Shown piece after piece: positions 1 through 11,929 of a stretch of 64,000 nucleotides of DNA (position 1 is the first letter of the stretch; each line of letters starts with the position of its first letter). Source of the DNA: Batkoa obscura (taxonomy: Eukaryota). The translations under genes were made by a program, and so were the position numbers. Location: assembly GCA_030770535.1 (NCBI GenBank), contig JASVEC010000012.1, positions 1,240,001 to 1,304,000 on the forward strand, written 5' to 3'. Below the pieces are notes generated by a model. The model did no database searches, was not told the DNA's origin, and saw nothing but the letters and a program-made list of their open reading frames with translations.

Positions 1-2375
1 GCTATACTAGTGGTAGTGGGAATGATAATAATAGGAGTATGAATAATAATCAAAACAATCAAAAGCAAGATTATTTGTAAGTTAGATCTGGATTTAATAT
101 TGTTTTAATTAATATATTAAAATTTATAGTTCTCATAATCAATTAGACTTAGACTTTTTTTCAAGTTTAGATGCTCCACAAAAGGTAAATTAAATAAACT
201 TATCATAACCAACGGTTAACTAATACAGCTTAACAGCTTAATACTAACAACAATTACAATAACGATAATAACAATTCAACTAATAATCGACCTGACAACT
301 TATTAGATTCCTTTTCAACCTTTAATACAAACACAAAACCAACCACAAATAACAAAAATAATAATATAAATTCCGATTTTGATTTGCTATCTGATTATAA
401 ACCCAACACATCTCATACAAACATAAACACAAACACAAACACAAACACAAACACATCAACTAATGTTAATGATTTTTTTTCTGATTTTAAAGATGCCACT
501 ATTAAACATGAACCAATTCATAAAACCAACTACAAAGAACCAATGGAAAAATTCAACAATTTAAGTATAAATGACGAAGATACATTATTTGATGCTAAAT
601 TAGCCGAATTATTAAGTTATGGCTATGATTTAGATTCAAGTAAAATGGCTTTAAGTATGACGAATAATGATGTTATTGAAGCTAAACAATTAATGGATGA
701 ACAAAAGAAAGTAGAATTACAAAGTAAATCTAAGCCACCATTACCACAAAGAAGAGAATATGATAGTGATGATGACGAAGATAATTATTCATATGATTAT
801 AAAAACCAACGACAAGGTTTATTTGATAAAACTAAATCCTTAGCTACTAATTTTAATACGGACCAATTATTGAATCAAGCTAATGAATTAGGTACTTCTA
901 TGTTTTCAGCAGCAAATAAGTTATTTATGAAATCAAAACAAACATTGAATAGCACTTGGCAAGACATTAAATTGAAACAAAATAGTGGTACAGATACTCC
1001 TAACTCAAACAATAGTAGAAATTATCAATATTATGGGGATAGTTCAGATGAAGAGGAAACGGGTAATGGTGGTGACTTTGTACCTTTTAAAGATGAAGTT
1101 AGGGATTATAGTGTTATGGAGAATCAAAGCTCAACTAGCTTTAATGATAGATTGAGTCCAATTAATAGAGCTAGCCCGGTTGGTAGAGCTAGCCCATTAC
1201 CTAAATCCAATTCAATTGGTAGAAATAGTCCTGTATCTAGAGCCAGTTCAATACCCAAAGTAGAGAAGCCATTACCAAAAGACAATGTCATAATCGACAA
1301 TTCGCAATTAAATTTAGTAGAAAATATCAAAAATGAAGGCAACCATTATTTTAAATTAGGCCAATTTACACGCTCAATTGAAAATTATACAAAAGCAATC
1401 GAATCAATACCAAATGAACATTCCAGTTTAATAGTCATTTACAATAATCGAGCTAATAGCTATAGTAAAATGGGGAATTTTAAAAATAGTTTAAATGATT
1501 CTGAATTAGCTTTAAAAATTATTGGGGAAGATCATGAGTATATACCAAAACAAAAATTGGAAGGAAAAGCGGGTTTAAATTTAAAAGATTATTACGTGAA
1601 GGGAATGTTAAGAAAAGCGGAAGCTTTAGAAGCTTTAGAAAGGTTTAAAGAAGCGGAGGAGACTTATGCTAAATTATTATTTTTATCCAATTGTTCAGCT
1701 CATAATAAGGCATTGGAAGGTGCTCGTCGTTGTAAAAAAGGATTGGAGATGCCAAAGTTGGAGAAAAAGGATAGTGGGGCAGATGGTAGAAATGGCAAAT
1801 TGGATTCTTTATTATCTGAATTCTCTACCGATTTTGACAAGTTAACAGCAATTAATAATAGTAAACCTAAAGTATCAAAGTGAGTGAATTGTTAAGTTTC
1901 AAGTAATTTAATAATATTAATTTTTTATTTTTTACAATAGACAAGAAATCGATTCTAGTGAAGCAGTTAGAAAAATACGAGAGTTAGAAAATATCAAAAA
2001 TCAAGAAGAAACTATACGAGTACAAACAATCGATTTTATAGAAGCTAAAGTTAAATCTTGGAAATCAAGTAAAGAAGATAATTTAAGAGCATTATTAGCT
2101 TCATTAGATGATGTACTATGGGAAGAATTGAATTGGAAGAAGGTTCCAATTCATGACTTAATAGATTTGAAAAAGGTTAAAAGAGTTTATATGTTAGCTA
2201 TTGCTAAATTACACCCAGATAAGGTAAGCTTTAGTCATTATGTTTTTAAATAATGATAATGATCTTTTTTTAGTTAACTTCATCCGCTACTGTAGAACAA
2301 AAGTTATTAGCTGCTTCTATATTTACCACTTTAAACTTAGCTTGGGATCACTTTAAATTACAGAATAATCTTTAA
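1..2375 (+). CDS. SWA2: Auxilin-like clathrin-uncoating co-chaperone (UBA + TPR + C-terminal J domain); 5' end outside the window, multi-exon
   Basis: ORF 384-1883 has a UBA-like segment (LLSYGYDLDSSKMALSMTNND) and TPRs (KNEGNHYFKLGQF...YNNRA). After intron 1880-1940 the frame reads WKSSKEDNLRALLASL...AIAKLHPDK. After intron 2224-2273 it reads IFTTLNLAWDHF, stop at 2375. Confidence 0.85.
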
Positions 2376-2427
2376 AATAAATAAAAACAAAATAACCAAA
2401 ACATTTAACTAATTTATTTTTTATCCT

Positions 2428-2775
2428 TTATCCAGTAATCCTTTTTATTTTATCATTAACTTCTTCCACTTTTAATACACCCCCTTCAACTTTTTTACCA
2501 TTGAAACATTTCATCAACCACTCCACTTGTTCTTTATCTAATTTAGCCAAACAATAACCTAAATGTTGGCCTGCTTTATCCTTAGGTACATTAATAAAAT
2601 GGATGGGTACTATCTTTGAAAATAACTCTTTGATTTTATAATGAGGTATACGACTGGAAATATTACTTATTTTACAAATTGAAGTTGTAATACTGGTTTG
2701 ATAAGGTATCAGTGTTCGTTTAGGGATTTTGATGAGGTTGGGTATCAGTTGGAATGTTTTAAAGTTGAGGAGCAT
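2428..2775 (-). CDS. Small RRM-domain protein with a possible mitochondrial presequence
   Basis: 115 aa ORF: ISNI (RNP2-like), GQHLGYCLA (RNP1-like), NGKKVEGGVLKVE; basic N-terminus without acidic residues. Confidence 0.6.
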   Translation of the reverse strand: MLLNFKTFQLIPNLIKIPKRTLIPYQTSITTSICKISNISSRIPHYKIKELFSKIVPIHFINVPKDKAGQHLGYCLAKLDKEQVEWLMKCFNGKKVEGGVLKVEEVNDKIKRITG

Positions 2776-2965
2776 TATTAAATAAAAAAGTGATAAAAGA
2801 AAAGCTAAAAAGTTATTCTACAATTTGAGTTTTGGATTTTAGATGACCAGAATATGCAAAAATTGAAATGATGGAAAATAAAATTGAAATATTAAATATT
2901 AAATATTAAATGTATAAGATATTATTCTAACTTTATTATCTATAAATATAAACAAAAATCCAAAC

Positions 2966-3550
2966 CTAACTCTTACCAATAACTTTATTATCCCATAATA
3001 ACACTACTTTATCCATATGATTATCGCTACCTTGAGAATACACCATACTAACAGTTAACTTATTATCAAACAGTTTTTTTGTCTTATCGTTCATGACCAA
3101 CATTTCCACTGTATATTCAATGCCTAAATCGACAATTTTAACCAACACTAACGGCAATGGTGAATTCAATACCTTATTAACACAAATGGTTGAAAACCCA
3201 GAGTTCGCTACCAACATACCAATAGTTTGGTTTTTTTCATTAATTAATACACCTTCCAACTCTCTTACATATTTACTTCCTAATTTATGTTTGGTATTTT
3301 TACATTGCACTATGATGGGTAACTTTTTTTCTACTAAGCTCCAATACCCTCTTAAATCTATACCTTTATCATCTTTACCTCCAACTTGAATACTACTGAT
3401 GTTGTAATTTGATAGTTTCTTTAGTGTTTGATATTCAAACTCACTACCTTGGTTGACATAACTATGGGACCCAGTGGGATGATGTAGATGTCGAATATGG
3501 GGTTGATGGAAATGAATTAGCCGTAGGGGTTTGAAGAGGGATTTTAACAT
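2966..3550 (-). CDS. RRG7: Mitochondrial PD-(D/E)xK restriction-endonuclease-like protein (RRG7/DUF2034 family)
   Basis: Motifs GSEFE, VGGKDDKGIDLRGYW, IVQCK and VRELEG; N-terminal presequence-like stretch. Confidence 0.8.
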   Translation of the reverse strand: MLKSLFKPLRLIHFHQPHIRHLHHPTGSHSYVNQGSEFEYQTLKKLSNYNISSIQVGGKDDKGIDLRGYWSLVEKKLPIIVQCKNTKHKLGSKYVRELEGVLINEKNQTIGMLVANSGFSTICVNKVLNSPLPLVLVKIVDLGIEYTVEMLVMNDKTKKLFDNKLTVSMVYSQGSDNHMDKVVLLWDNKVIGKS

Positions 3551-4137
3551 CTTTTAGTAGAATGGATTTGAAAAGTTAGTAAATGTAAAGTTGTTATGCT
3601 TTATTTTGTCGTTGTTGATAATTACTAGATAGATAATTAATTGAAACTGAGTTATTGTAGCTTATTGATAATGCTAAAGTTTGATTTTTTTACAATCAAA
3701 ATAAAAGTTTAGAGATTTTGTTGACGATTCTTCTTTGAATTTCAATTGATTTGAACAAAAAGTTAAAAATCCCGTTTCATTTTGTCCACCTTTATACATC
3801 ATAAAATTTAAAATAGTAGAATTAAGATCTATAAATCAACACCTTTAAAAAATACTTAAACAAGTTCAAAAGATTTTTAAATAATAATTGAAACAAATGC
3901 GAACAAAAATTGAAACAATATATTAAAATCAAGATGGTTTTGCTTGAAATTCATATCAAGAAACTAATTATTATCAGTTTGTTCAATTTGCAGGATGTTT
4001 GAAGTTATTAGGGATACTTTTAAAATTATAGTAAAATTTAAAAAAGATTAAAAGCAAATAAAATAAAATAAAATAAATAATTTTTAGTTAATAAAAAAGG
4101 TTTTTATATTCTTTTTATAGTCTTTATACTACAAAAT

Positions 4138-4238
4138 AGGGATATATTTTTTTGTTTAAGAATTTTACTAGCAGTCTTTCCACTTAAATAACGCTTAAAA
4201 AATGAAAAAAGTAATGAAACCAAAAAAAAAACATCCTC
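4138..4238. mobile_element. ~100-bp Sola-derived MITE, copy 1
   Basis: aaat|AGGGATATATTTTTTTGTTTAAGAATTTTACTA...TGAAACCAAAAAAAAAACATCCTC|atat; matches the family consensus. Confidence 0.85.
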
Positions 4239-4342
4239 ATATAAAGTTTAAATTTAGTTATAAAGTAAAATATTATGTTTTAAATATAAACAACTACTAT
4301 ATATAGCACTATAACCTCAGATAGAACTGATAATTAACATAT

Positions 4343-4837
4343 GAGGATGTTTGAATCGGTTTCATTTTTTTATCCAATTTTCAAAAATTTTTGTTTCAAA
4401 AACTTTGCTTAAAATTCTATAAAAATAAATTCTTTATTGAAAACCAAAGTACCTAATACAGTTTTAAATTATTTTATTATAATTTATATTGTAAGTTGGC
4501 GGAATTCTTATTAAATTTAACAGGAGTCCTGGATTAGCAAAGCTTTTGCTAATATAACTATATACTGATACCAATCAGAGTTGTAGTATCTAAATAAATA
4601 CATATTCCTATAAAACCTCATTGAGAAATATTTATTATTGACTGCTTTATAGCCAACATTGCAGATTTGCTATCAAATAAATAATTTTAATATTATAATT
4701 ACATTATTAATATATCACTAAGTCAATAAATGAGAATTTATTTTTATGTTTAAGAATTTTACTAACAATTTTTCCACTCAAATAGCGCTTAAAAGAGAAA
4801 AAGTGATGAAACCAAAAAAAACACCCCCAAATAGCTG
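4343..4837 (-). mobile_element. Truncated right-end fragment of the Sola-like element, interrupted by a MITE
   Basis: Starts atat|GAGGATGTTTGAATCGGTTTCA (degenerate TIR) and aligns by eye to the reverse complement of about 38574-38973 (e.g. GCAGATTTGCTATCAAAT, AAATAAATTCTTTATT). Confidence 0.85.
4732..4828. mobile_element. Sola-derived MITE copy nested in the Sola fragment
   Basis: Flanked by an AAAT duplication (4728-4731 and 4829-4832); Sola homology resumes (AGCTG) after it. Confidence 0.85.
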
Positions 4838-5315
4838 TGTGAAAGTTGGTACTCAGTGGTTGGAGTTAAAAGCAATTCTAGCTTAATTAACTGACCGTAA
4901 GTCGAAAGGTCTTAGTTTATGTAACTAAGATAGACTTGAATTAATAGGAATAGTACGTAATAAGCTACAGACTATGTAAAACAAATAGAATAGAAGATAC
5001 TGCCGTAAAATCTACGTAAAATACTATAAGATTTAGTGGTTTTATTAAAGATACGATATCAGGAAATAATCCAATTAAAAAACCTCAAATTATTATGTTG
5101 AAAAATCTCTTTTATAATCTAATTGGATGGCTATATATAAGGAACATGACAACAGTTATTCCTTATTGTAGTTGCCAAGTATGGACATTAAAACGTGGAT
5201 AATAAATTCTTCATGATCAGGTGGTACCAATTCTGACAACAAATCTATATAAGGAACTCTGGATTGATTTATTATATTATAATCAATCCTAGAGCTAATG
5301 AACCGATATCTCACA
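4838..5315 (+). mobile_element. Solo LTR (TG...CA), longer copy
   Basis: TGTGAAAG...TATCTCACA termini; aligns to 36288-36648; two internal TATATAAGGAAC motifs (near 5135 and 5247). TSD is unclear. Confidence 0.7.
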
Positions 5316-5469
5316 TAGTGTATAATAAAGGACAAAGTAATTTTATTACATATATATTTCAAGATTTTTTCATCAGCAGTATATTAAACTTTCAAAAAAA
5401 TATATCAGAATCACTTTTGCTCTTTACTATAATACAAATTTATTATATAAGCACTTTAAATTGATATAT

Positions 5470-5568
5470 GGGGATGTATTTTTTTGTTTAATAATTTTAC
5501 TAACAATCTTCTCGTTCAAGTAGCGCTTAAAAAATGGAAAAAGTAATCAGAGCAAAAAAAACATCATC
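5470..5568. mobile_element. Sola-derived MITE copy
   Basis: atat|GGGGATGTATTTTTTTG...AAAACATCATC|atat. Confidence 0.85.
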
Positions 5569-5699
5569 ATATAGTAATTCTAATAGTTATAGAATTAAAA
5601 ATACTCATTTTAGTATTTTTTAATTTTTTAGTGGCAGTTATTTAATAAGTGTCATAAAAATCACATTTATCCTGTACTTTACGGAATAAATATCAATTT

Positions 5700-5791
5700 A
5701 AGGGTATTTTTTGATTCCATCGCTTTTCCCATTTTCAAGTGTTATTTAAGTGAAAAAGGCGTTTAGTAGGACCCTTGAAAAAAATCTCCCC
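5700..5791. mobile_element. Degenerate MITE copy
   Basis: AGGGTATTTTTTGATTCCATCGCTTTTCCCATTTTCAAGTGTTATTTAAGTGAAA...TCTCCCC; consensus recognisable but eroded. Confidence 0.55.
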
Positions 5792-6162
5792 TATTTTTGT
5801 TAGCTTTTAGGATCAAAATATTGTTTGTCATCAACTATTATAAAAAAGTAGAAAGCTTATAAAAATAATTTTTATTGAATTTATAAATAGATTTTAATCA
5901 TTGGATACTGATCTTATTATTTTAATCATACGCAGATATTCATTTTATGTTTTATTAAATGTATCACACTTTATGCATTATTTAGAAAAAAAAGTTGAGA
6001 TCCGTATCTTGTTAAAGACCATATTTTATTCTATGTTCCTAATACCAATCATAATAATTGGAGTTAGTAATGATGCAAATGAACTATCTCTTAAGTCAAA
6101 ACCAGATTTTATTACTCAAATATACGTAGTACTAAGTTTATGCTTTACTATTTATAACTAAA

Positions 6163-7797
6163 ATGATCAATAATCAATTATCAGTTATTCCAACAAGGAT
6201 TAGACCATCTTGTGATCAATGCTATGATAGAAAAAGAAAATGTAATTTGTCAATGCCTACTTGCGGTAGATGTAAAGAAAAAAAGTTAAAGTGTACAAGG
6301 GATAGAAAAGGCAAGCGAAAACCAATAATGTGTGGGAATCAAGACTTTCACTCCAAATCTTTTTTACTATTTCAATCGGATAAAGTGAAAAGGGAAAGAA
6401 AAGTTGAAGCCGCTATAATTTTAAATTGTAAATACTTTAATAACTTTAGAATTTCTCTAGGTGGATGTCGATTTAATTCTAATGTTTCAATTGCCTGTAT
6501 ATTTCCTATCAAATTATTTCATTGTCCTATGTTGTTTGATCAAAGCTCTGATTTATTTTATAAAATTGCACCAAATAAATACCTTATTTCATTCTTTAGC
6601 AACTTGCCGCCAGTTGAGTCAAAATGTACTATTGCAAAAGATAATGATAATTCTTATTATAATGTAATACAACTTATAGCCATTTATTTCCAAAGAATTA
6701 ACCTATTACTACCATTATTTACTTATAATCAATTTTTGAGTAAGAAAAGAGATATTGTATTAGTTTATTCCATCATGTTAGTTGCTTTAACCTATATTAA
6801 TGATAGTGATAAATCGTCAGATCTGAAGTTAGCTTTAAGAGATAATCTGTTAAAGCGTTTTCAGCCAAGTCAGTTAAAAATTAACTTAAGTAACATTCAA
6901 TCGATGGTGATATTACTCAATGGGTTGAAAGGAAGTGATTCAGCGTTACCATCATATTATTTTCCAAATTTAAACAATTATTGTATAATGTTAGGTTTAC
7001 ACTTAAAGTATAAAAATGATAATGAAAGAAAGTTGTGTTATTCAGCAGTTCTATTCTTACTTTCTATCGACGATCCTTATTCTAACTTATTATTTAATAC
7101 TCATAATTTATGGAAAAATGATACGGTAGTACTAATGTTAACTAATAATGAATCAATTGAATCGATAATACAATTGATATTACTAACCTATTCTAAATAT
7201 TGCTATGACTGCAGTTTATTTTACAAATATTTTTTTGATACCTTATTAAATTTCAATGCATTAAACATTAAAAATGCAAAAGCAATAGAAATTAGTTATT
7301 TATTAGGAACTTTATTACATTCTATCACTGAACGAGTAGTAAGTAAATACAAGGTGATTAGAAAAGCTGTTTCAAACAAGATATTAGGTGGCGTAATAGA
7401 CGTACTTATTGATCATATCAAAATAGTCTATCACTCTTATAAGGTTGTTTTATATGTCATTAAATGTTTAGCATTAAATGATGATGAAGATAGTTTGTTT
7501 TCTAAAGACCCTGTAAATGAGAGACCAAAAAATTTAGAAGATTTAGAAGCTCTTAAAGCTAATATTCAATCTTTTATTGCCCATAGCTCTAACTTAAAGA
7601 CGGAATATTTCTCTTCTATTCGATATTTTTCATTTTTGTTAATTATTGATACTATCTCTTCTCACTCTAAATGGATCAATAATTCGAGCATCTTATTAAA
7701 CCAAATATTGATTCAATTTAACAAATTAGCTAAAAACAATAGTACAAAGTTGTTAGGGGTTATTGAACTCATATTACAGCTTTGTACTTCGAATTAA
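6163..7797 (+). CDS. Zn(II)2Cys6 fungal transcription factor with a middle homology region
   Basis: CDQCYDRKRKCNLSMPTCGRCKEKKLKC binuclear cluster; YFQRINLLLPLF...LGLH Fungal_trans-like segment. Confidence 0.9.
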   Translation: MINNQLSVIPTRIRPSCDQCYDRKRKCNLSMPTCGRCKEKKLKCTRDRKGKRKPIMCGNQDFHSKSFLLFQSDKVKRERKVEAAIILNCKYFNNFRISLGGCRFNSNVSIACIFPIKLFHCPMLFDQSSDLFYKIAPNKYLISFFSNLPPVESKCTIAKDNDNSYYNVIQLIAIYFQRINLLLPLFTYNQFLSKKRDIVLVYSIMLVALTYINDSDKSSDLKLALRDNLLKRFQPSQLKINLSNIQSMVILLNGLKGSDSALPSYYFPNLNNYCIMLGLHLKYKNDNERKLCYSAVLFLLSIDDPYSNLLFNTHNLWKNDTVVLMLTNNESIESIIQLILLTYSKYCYDCSLFYKYFFDTLLNFNALNIKNAKAIEISYLLGTLLHSITERVVSKYKVIRKAVSNKILGGVIDVLIDHIKIVYHSYKVVLYVIKCLALNDDEDSLFSKDPVNERPKNLEDLEALKANIQSFIAHSSNLKTEYFSSIRYFSFLLIIDTISSHSKWINNSSILLNQILIQFNKLAKNNSTKLLGVIELILQLCTSN

Positions 7798-8738
7798 ATT
7801 AATTCTATTATTCTGTATTAACATGCTAACCGATGCTTATAAATTACATTCATAAATATTAAGCTTTCAATTGTAACCTATGAAACTGCAACATTAGTTA
7901 AATCTTCTTACTAATATTAAATTATATACTTTCCTTCTGTTCAAAAATAAATATTCAACTTTAAAACAATACAAGAGTGTTATTAAATAGAATTAGAAAG
8001 TTAATTTTATTAAAAATTTTACAGCTTTTGATGTTATTTCTCTAAAACAAAAAGTTACGTAATTATGTAGCAATATTTAGACATTTGATATTAAAAAAGA
8101 TTTAATATATTATCAAAACTATGGAATGTGAATAAATTTTAGAAATCTTATTAACCACCAAGTTAAAATATGAAGCGTCCAAAATTATCATATAGTAAAT
8201 GTAAAGTCAGCATATAAAACTTTTAGGATAATAAATTGCTCTAAATCTTAGTGAAACTGTTTTTTATTTCGAATTTTAACTACTTGAGTACCACCATGAA
8301 CAAACGATGCCTACATTGTTTAAATCAAACTAACCTTTTGAGTATTGTCTCAAAGAAAACTCTGATCCAATCGAACAGAATTTTTTTAAGGTGTTTGGTA
8401 CTCAAAAGATTAATAAAATTAATTATTTTTATAGTATTTATGTTTAATCAATGATATTAAATGAAATAAAACCAGAAAAAATACATCTTGGACTTAAATC
8501 AATACGTAATATATTCACTTGTTTATTTCTAATCTGTGAGAACATTTTAAGCATTTTATAAACATTTGGATTGTTTTTCACTTATATACTTATAAAATTG
8601 TTTAAACTATATTATTCAGCATTTTTTTAAATATTATTATCCTGTTTTTTTATATTTATCTTATAACCTTTAACTTCATCAAAATTAGAATGATCAAAAC
8701 TGAAGATAGTTTTATAGCACGTTGTTTTATTAAAGTTA

Positions 8739-10265
8739 TCATTTATTAACACTGATAGTTTTACAGATTTCCAAAGCTTTACCCACATTGATAACACCAT
8801 AACCGTATTCATTATTTGGCACAGATTTATCAGTATCTTTACCGCACTTTACTTTAGGGAGGACTGGGGTAGCAGATTGATGTAACACTTTAGCAATAAG
8901 ATCTACTTTACGATTTAAATGTGGGCATCCAGCAATAACTAATAAAGCAGCACCAGAAACATGTGGCGAAGCCATAGAAGTACCTTGTAAAGCAGCGTAT
9001 TTACCACCTGGAACAGCAGAAGTAATATTGGCACCTGGAGCAGCAACATCAATTGAAAGAAGTGGACGTTCATCTACTGGCCCCATTGATGAGAACCCAG
9101 TTCTTTCAAAAGATCGATATTTAGTGGCAGCTACATTAAATGAATTAGGATCAACAGCAGGTGGGATATCAACAGTTGAACATCCTTTTTCACCATTATT
9201 ACCAGCAGAGACGGACATGAAAATACCAGCGGATTTCATGGCTCTAAGAGCATATTTAAAGGTAGAACGGGAGCAACCTTCAGCTCCTGGGCAACCATAA
9301 GAGTTACCAACAACATGAGGGCGAAGATGTGGGCGAGGGTTAATACCATATAAATTGGTTGGGGCTAAGAAGAATTGTAAACAACCAAGGTAAGATTCGG
9401 GAGATCCAAATCCTTGGTCCATGTTTTTACAGGCCATCCATTTAGAAGATGGAGATACACCTAAGTTTAAACCACCAATGACGGTACCCATGGTATGGGT
9501 TCCATGAATGCTATCATCACATGGATTTTGAGAGTTGATACCACATTTAAGGTTTGGGTTAGTAGCATTGGTAACTTTATTAGCATCCCACCAATAATAA
9601 TTATGATTGTATTTTCCTCTTGAATCTCTTCCTAAATAATTATGAGCAATGGCAGGATGAGTATAATCTACACCAGTATCAGCATTAGCATAACGTAAGT
9701 ATTTAGCGTTATTGGTGACTTCTCTTGGTAATTTAGTAGCATTAATAAATTTTAAACTCCAATGAACTTCTTTCCCAGTCCAGTTGATATCACCAGCTAA
9801 CACAGCTTCTTGTTTTCCAAGGGATAAATTATTTGAGTTTATTTTACGATTAGAAGAAATTTCTTCAACTTGACTATTATTAGATAAAATATCAATCAAT
9901 TCTTTTGGAGCTTCAACAGCAAAAGTGTTAGAGATTGAATAGAAACGATAATCCTTAATTTTTCCTTCTTTCTTATATTTCTCTAAGATATCTTGAACAG
10001 AACCTTTAGTTTGTTCAGCATGAGTATTTAAGACATCAACAACGTTATCAGCATGGGCATCTAAAATAACTTCATCAACAGCAAGTCTGGAGTTTTCATT
10101 GATATTTAATGTAGGAACATCAGCTGGATGTAATTGAACAAGGATAGGAGCAAGACTTTTGGTACTTAAATCTTGAGTTACTTGGGTTGCAACTTTAGCT
10201 TTACCTAAAACATTGGAAAGTAATGTTAAGGTAAGAGCTACTTTAAGAGAAGAGTAAAGTTGCAT
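8739..10265 (-). CDS. Secreted subtilisin (S8), bacillopeptidase-F-like, copy A (508 aa from MQLYSS)
   Basis: Signal peptide; catalytic motifs DTG, HGTHTMG and GTSMASPHV; oxyanion SAGN; FLAPT...P..RPHVVGNSYG signature; intronless. Start inferred from identity with copy B. Confidence 0.92.
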   Translation of the reverse strand: MQLYSSLKVALTLTLLSNVLGKAKVATQVTQDLSTKSLAPILVQLHPADVPTLNINENSRLAVDEVILDAHADNVVDVLNTHAEQTKGSVQDILEKYKKEGKIKDYRFYSISNTFAVEAPKELIDILSNNSQVEEISSNRKINSNNLSLGKQEAVLAGDINWTGKEVHWSLKFINATKLPREVTNNAKYLRYANADTGVDYTHPAIAHNYLGRDSRGKYNHNYYWWDANKVTNATNPNLKCGINSQNPCDDSIHGTHTMGTVIGGLNLGVSPSSKWMACKNMDQGFGSPESYLGCLQFFLAPTNLYGINPRPHLRPHVVGNSYGCPGAEGCSRSTFKYALRAMKSAGIFMSVSAGNNGEKGCSTVDIPPAVDPNSFNVAATKYRSFERTGFSSMGPVDERPLLSIDVAAPGANITSAVPGGKYAALQGTSMASPHVSGAALLVIAGCPHLNRKVDLIAKVLHQSATPVLPKVKCGKDTDKSVPNNEYGYGVINVGKALEICKTISVNK

Positions 10266-10992
10266 TTTTTTGTTATTTTTAAAAAGAAATGTTATTATTT
10301 TAAAGCTGCTTATTATATACATTTAATGCATTTTTAACTTTAACTGCTGAGATCAATTTCAGATTTAAATTGTGTAATCTTTTTACATTATTTTGCACTC
10401 GCAACAACACTAGTGGTCTAAAGTAACCATATTGTCTATGTTTTAAAATTGAATTATTTTTATTATTTTTGGTATATGATTTTTTAACAAATATAATTAA
10501 TTACATTTTATTTTTCATAAAAAAAACTTAGGACCCAAAAAGGTGAATGCATTTATCAAGCTTTAATTTACTGCTATAAAAAGCCTAAATTTTTAATACT
10601 TTTATAGTTAGTATTTTTTATTTCATAGCTTTTGATTTTCTTTAACGCATTACATAAGTGATTTTTTAATCAATTACTTATTTCTTATATTTAATAAACT
10701 ATCATTACTTTGAATTTATAAACCCATGTTAGTACGCAAGCCATTTAATCTGGTTAATAACACTCAAAAATTGTCTATATTTAAGGAAATAGGTTATATC
10801 CTTATACTGATTAATAAGTTCATATATACTTTAACTGTTATTAAAAACTATCAGTTTAATAATAATTAATCTTTTTTTTTTAACAAAAGCTAACATTTTA
10901 TCTAAGTATAGGCTATTTACCTAAAAATGCTAAATTTTGGCAGTATTGAAATTGAATTGGAAAGTTTTGGAAAAAACTGAGATTTTAAAAAT

Positions 10993-11166
10993 ACACTATG
11001 TTCATCTATGGTTTACGCACTTTTATATATAAAAATGAACATTTTCAAATAAAAATTTTGCCATTTACTTGAAAAAAATTACGCATTTGTAAATTCAAAG
11101 CTAATTTTTGTTCAAATGTTTACTTTTCTTATAAAAGTGCATATAAATCATAAATGAACATAGTGT
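10993..11166. repeat. Long imperfect inverted repeat (~65-bp arms), probable foldback/MITE of a second family
   Basis: ACACTATGTTCATCTATGGTTTACGCACTTTTATA... versus ...TATAAAAGTGCATATAAATCATAAATGAACATAGTGT. Confidence 0.75.
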
Positions 11167-11493
11167 GCTTTCAATAATAGCAACCATTTTTAAATTTAGA
11201 TTAAATTAAATATGGGTTTCGTTTAAAAATTCAGTTCAAATTTATTCTTAATTTTAACTGAGCTTTTAACTTACACATAAAACTCAATTCTTTTTTATTC
11301 TTTTGTCTATTTTTAAATGGCATTAAAGAAATATGGCTAAAATTTAGTACCAACAAAATAACATTATCACTCCAATTAATACATATTATCATATTAAGTT
11401 TTATTTTAAATAAAAATAAAATCTACTCATTGTTCTTAGTGAGTATTCAATTAATATGAAATGTAAACAAAATATTTAAATATTTAACTATAT

Positions 11494-11592
11494 AGAGATG
11501 TTTTTTTTGATTTCATCACTTTTTCCATTTTTTAAGCGCTATTTGAGTGGAAAGATTGTTAGTAAAATTGTTAAACAAAAAACTACATCCAC
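11494..11592. mobile_element. Sola-derived MITE copy
   Basis: atat|AGAGATGTTTTTTTTGATTTCATCAC...TACATCCAC|atat. Confidence 0.85.
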
Positions 11593-11929
11593 ATATCAAT
11601 ATTATAATAATATTGAATAAGGAATACACATTTTTTTATTACGTGTAGATTAATAGAAATATATAAATAATATTAGAGTTTTTTATAAAAACTTTATTTA
11701 TTTAAAAAGGAAATGTAAAAAAATCAAAGTATGGAAAGTTCCATTTTTCTAATAAATTTATCTAATTCCAAAAAATATTTAATTTTGATTTCGTCATTTT
11801 TATTCTTTTAAAAATTCTAATGTGAAATAAAAAAACTTAACAATATAAAGCTATACAAATTCCAAAAAATTATCTTTTTATAACTTTTTATATTTAAAAA
11901 AAAAGAAGGCAACGAAAATTAATCTAAAA

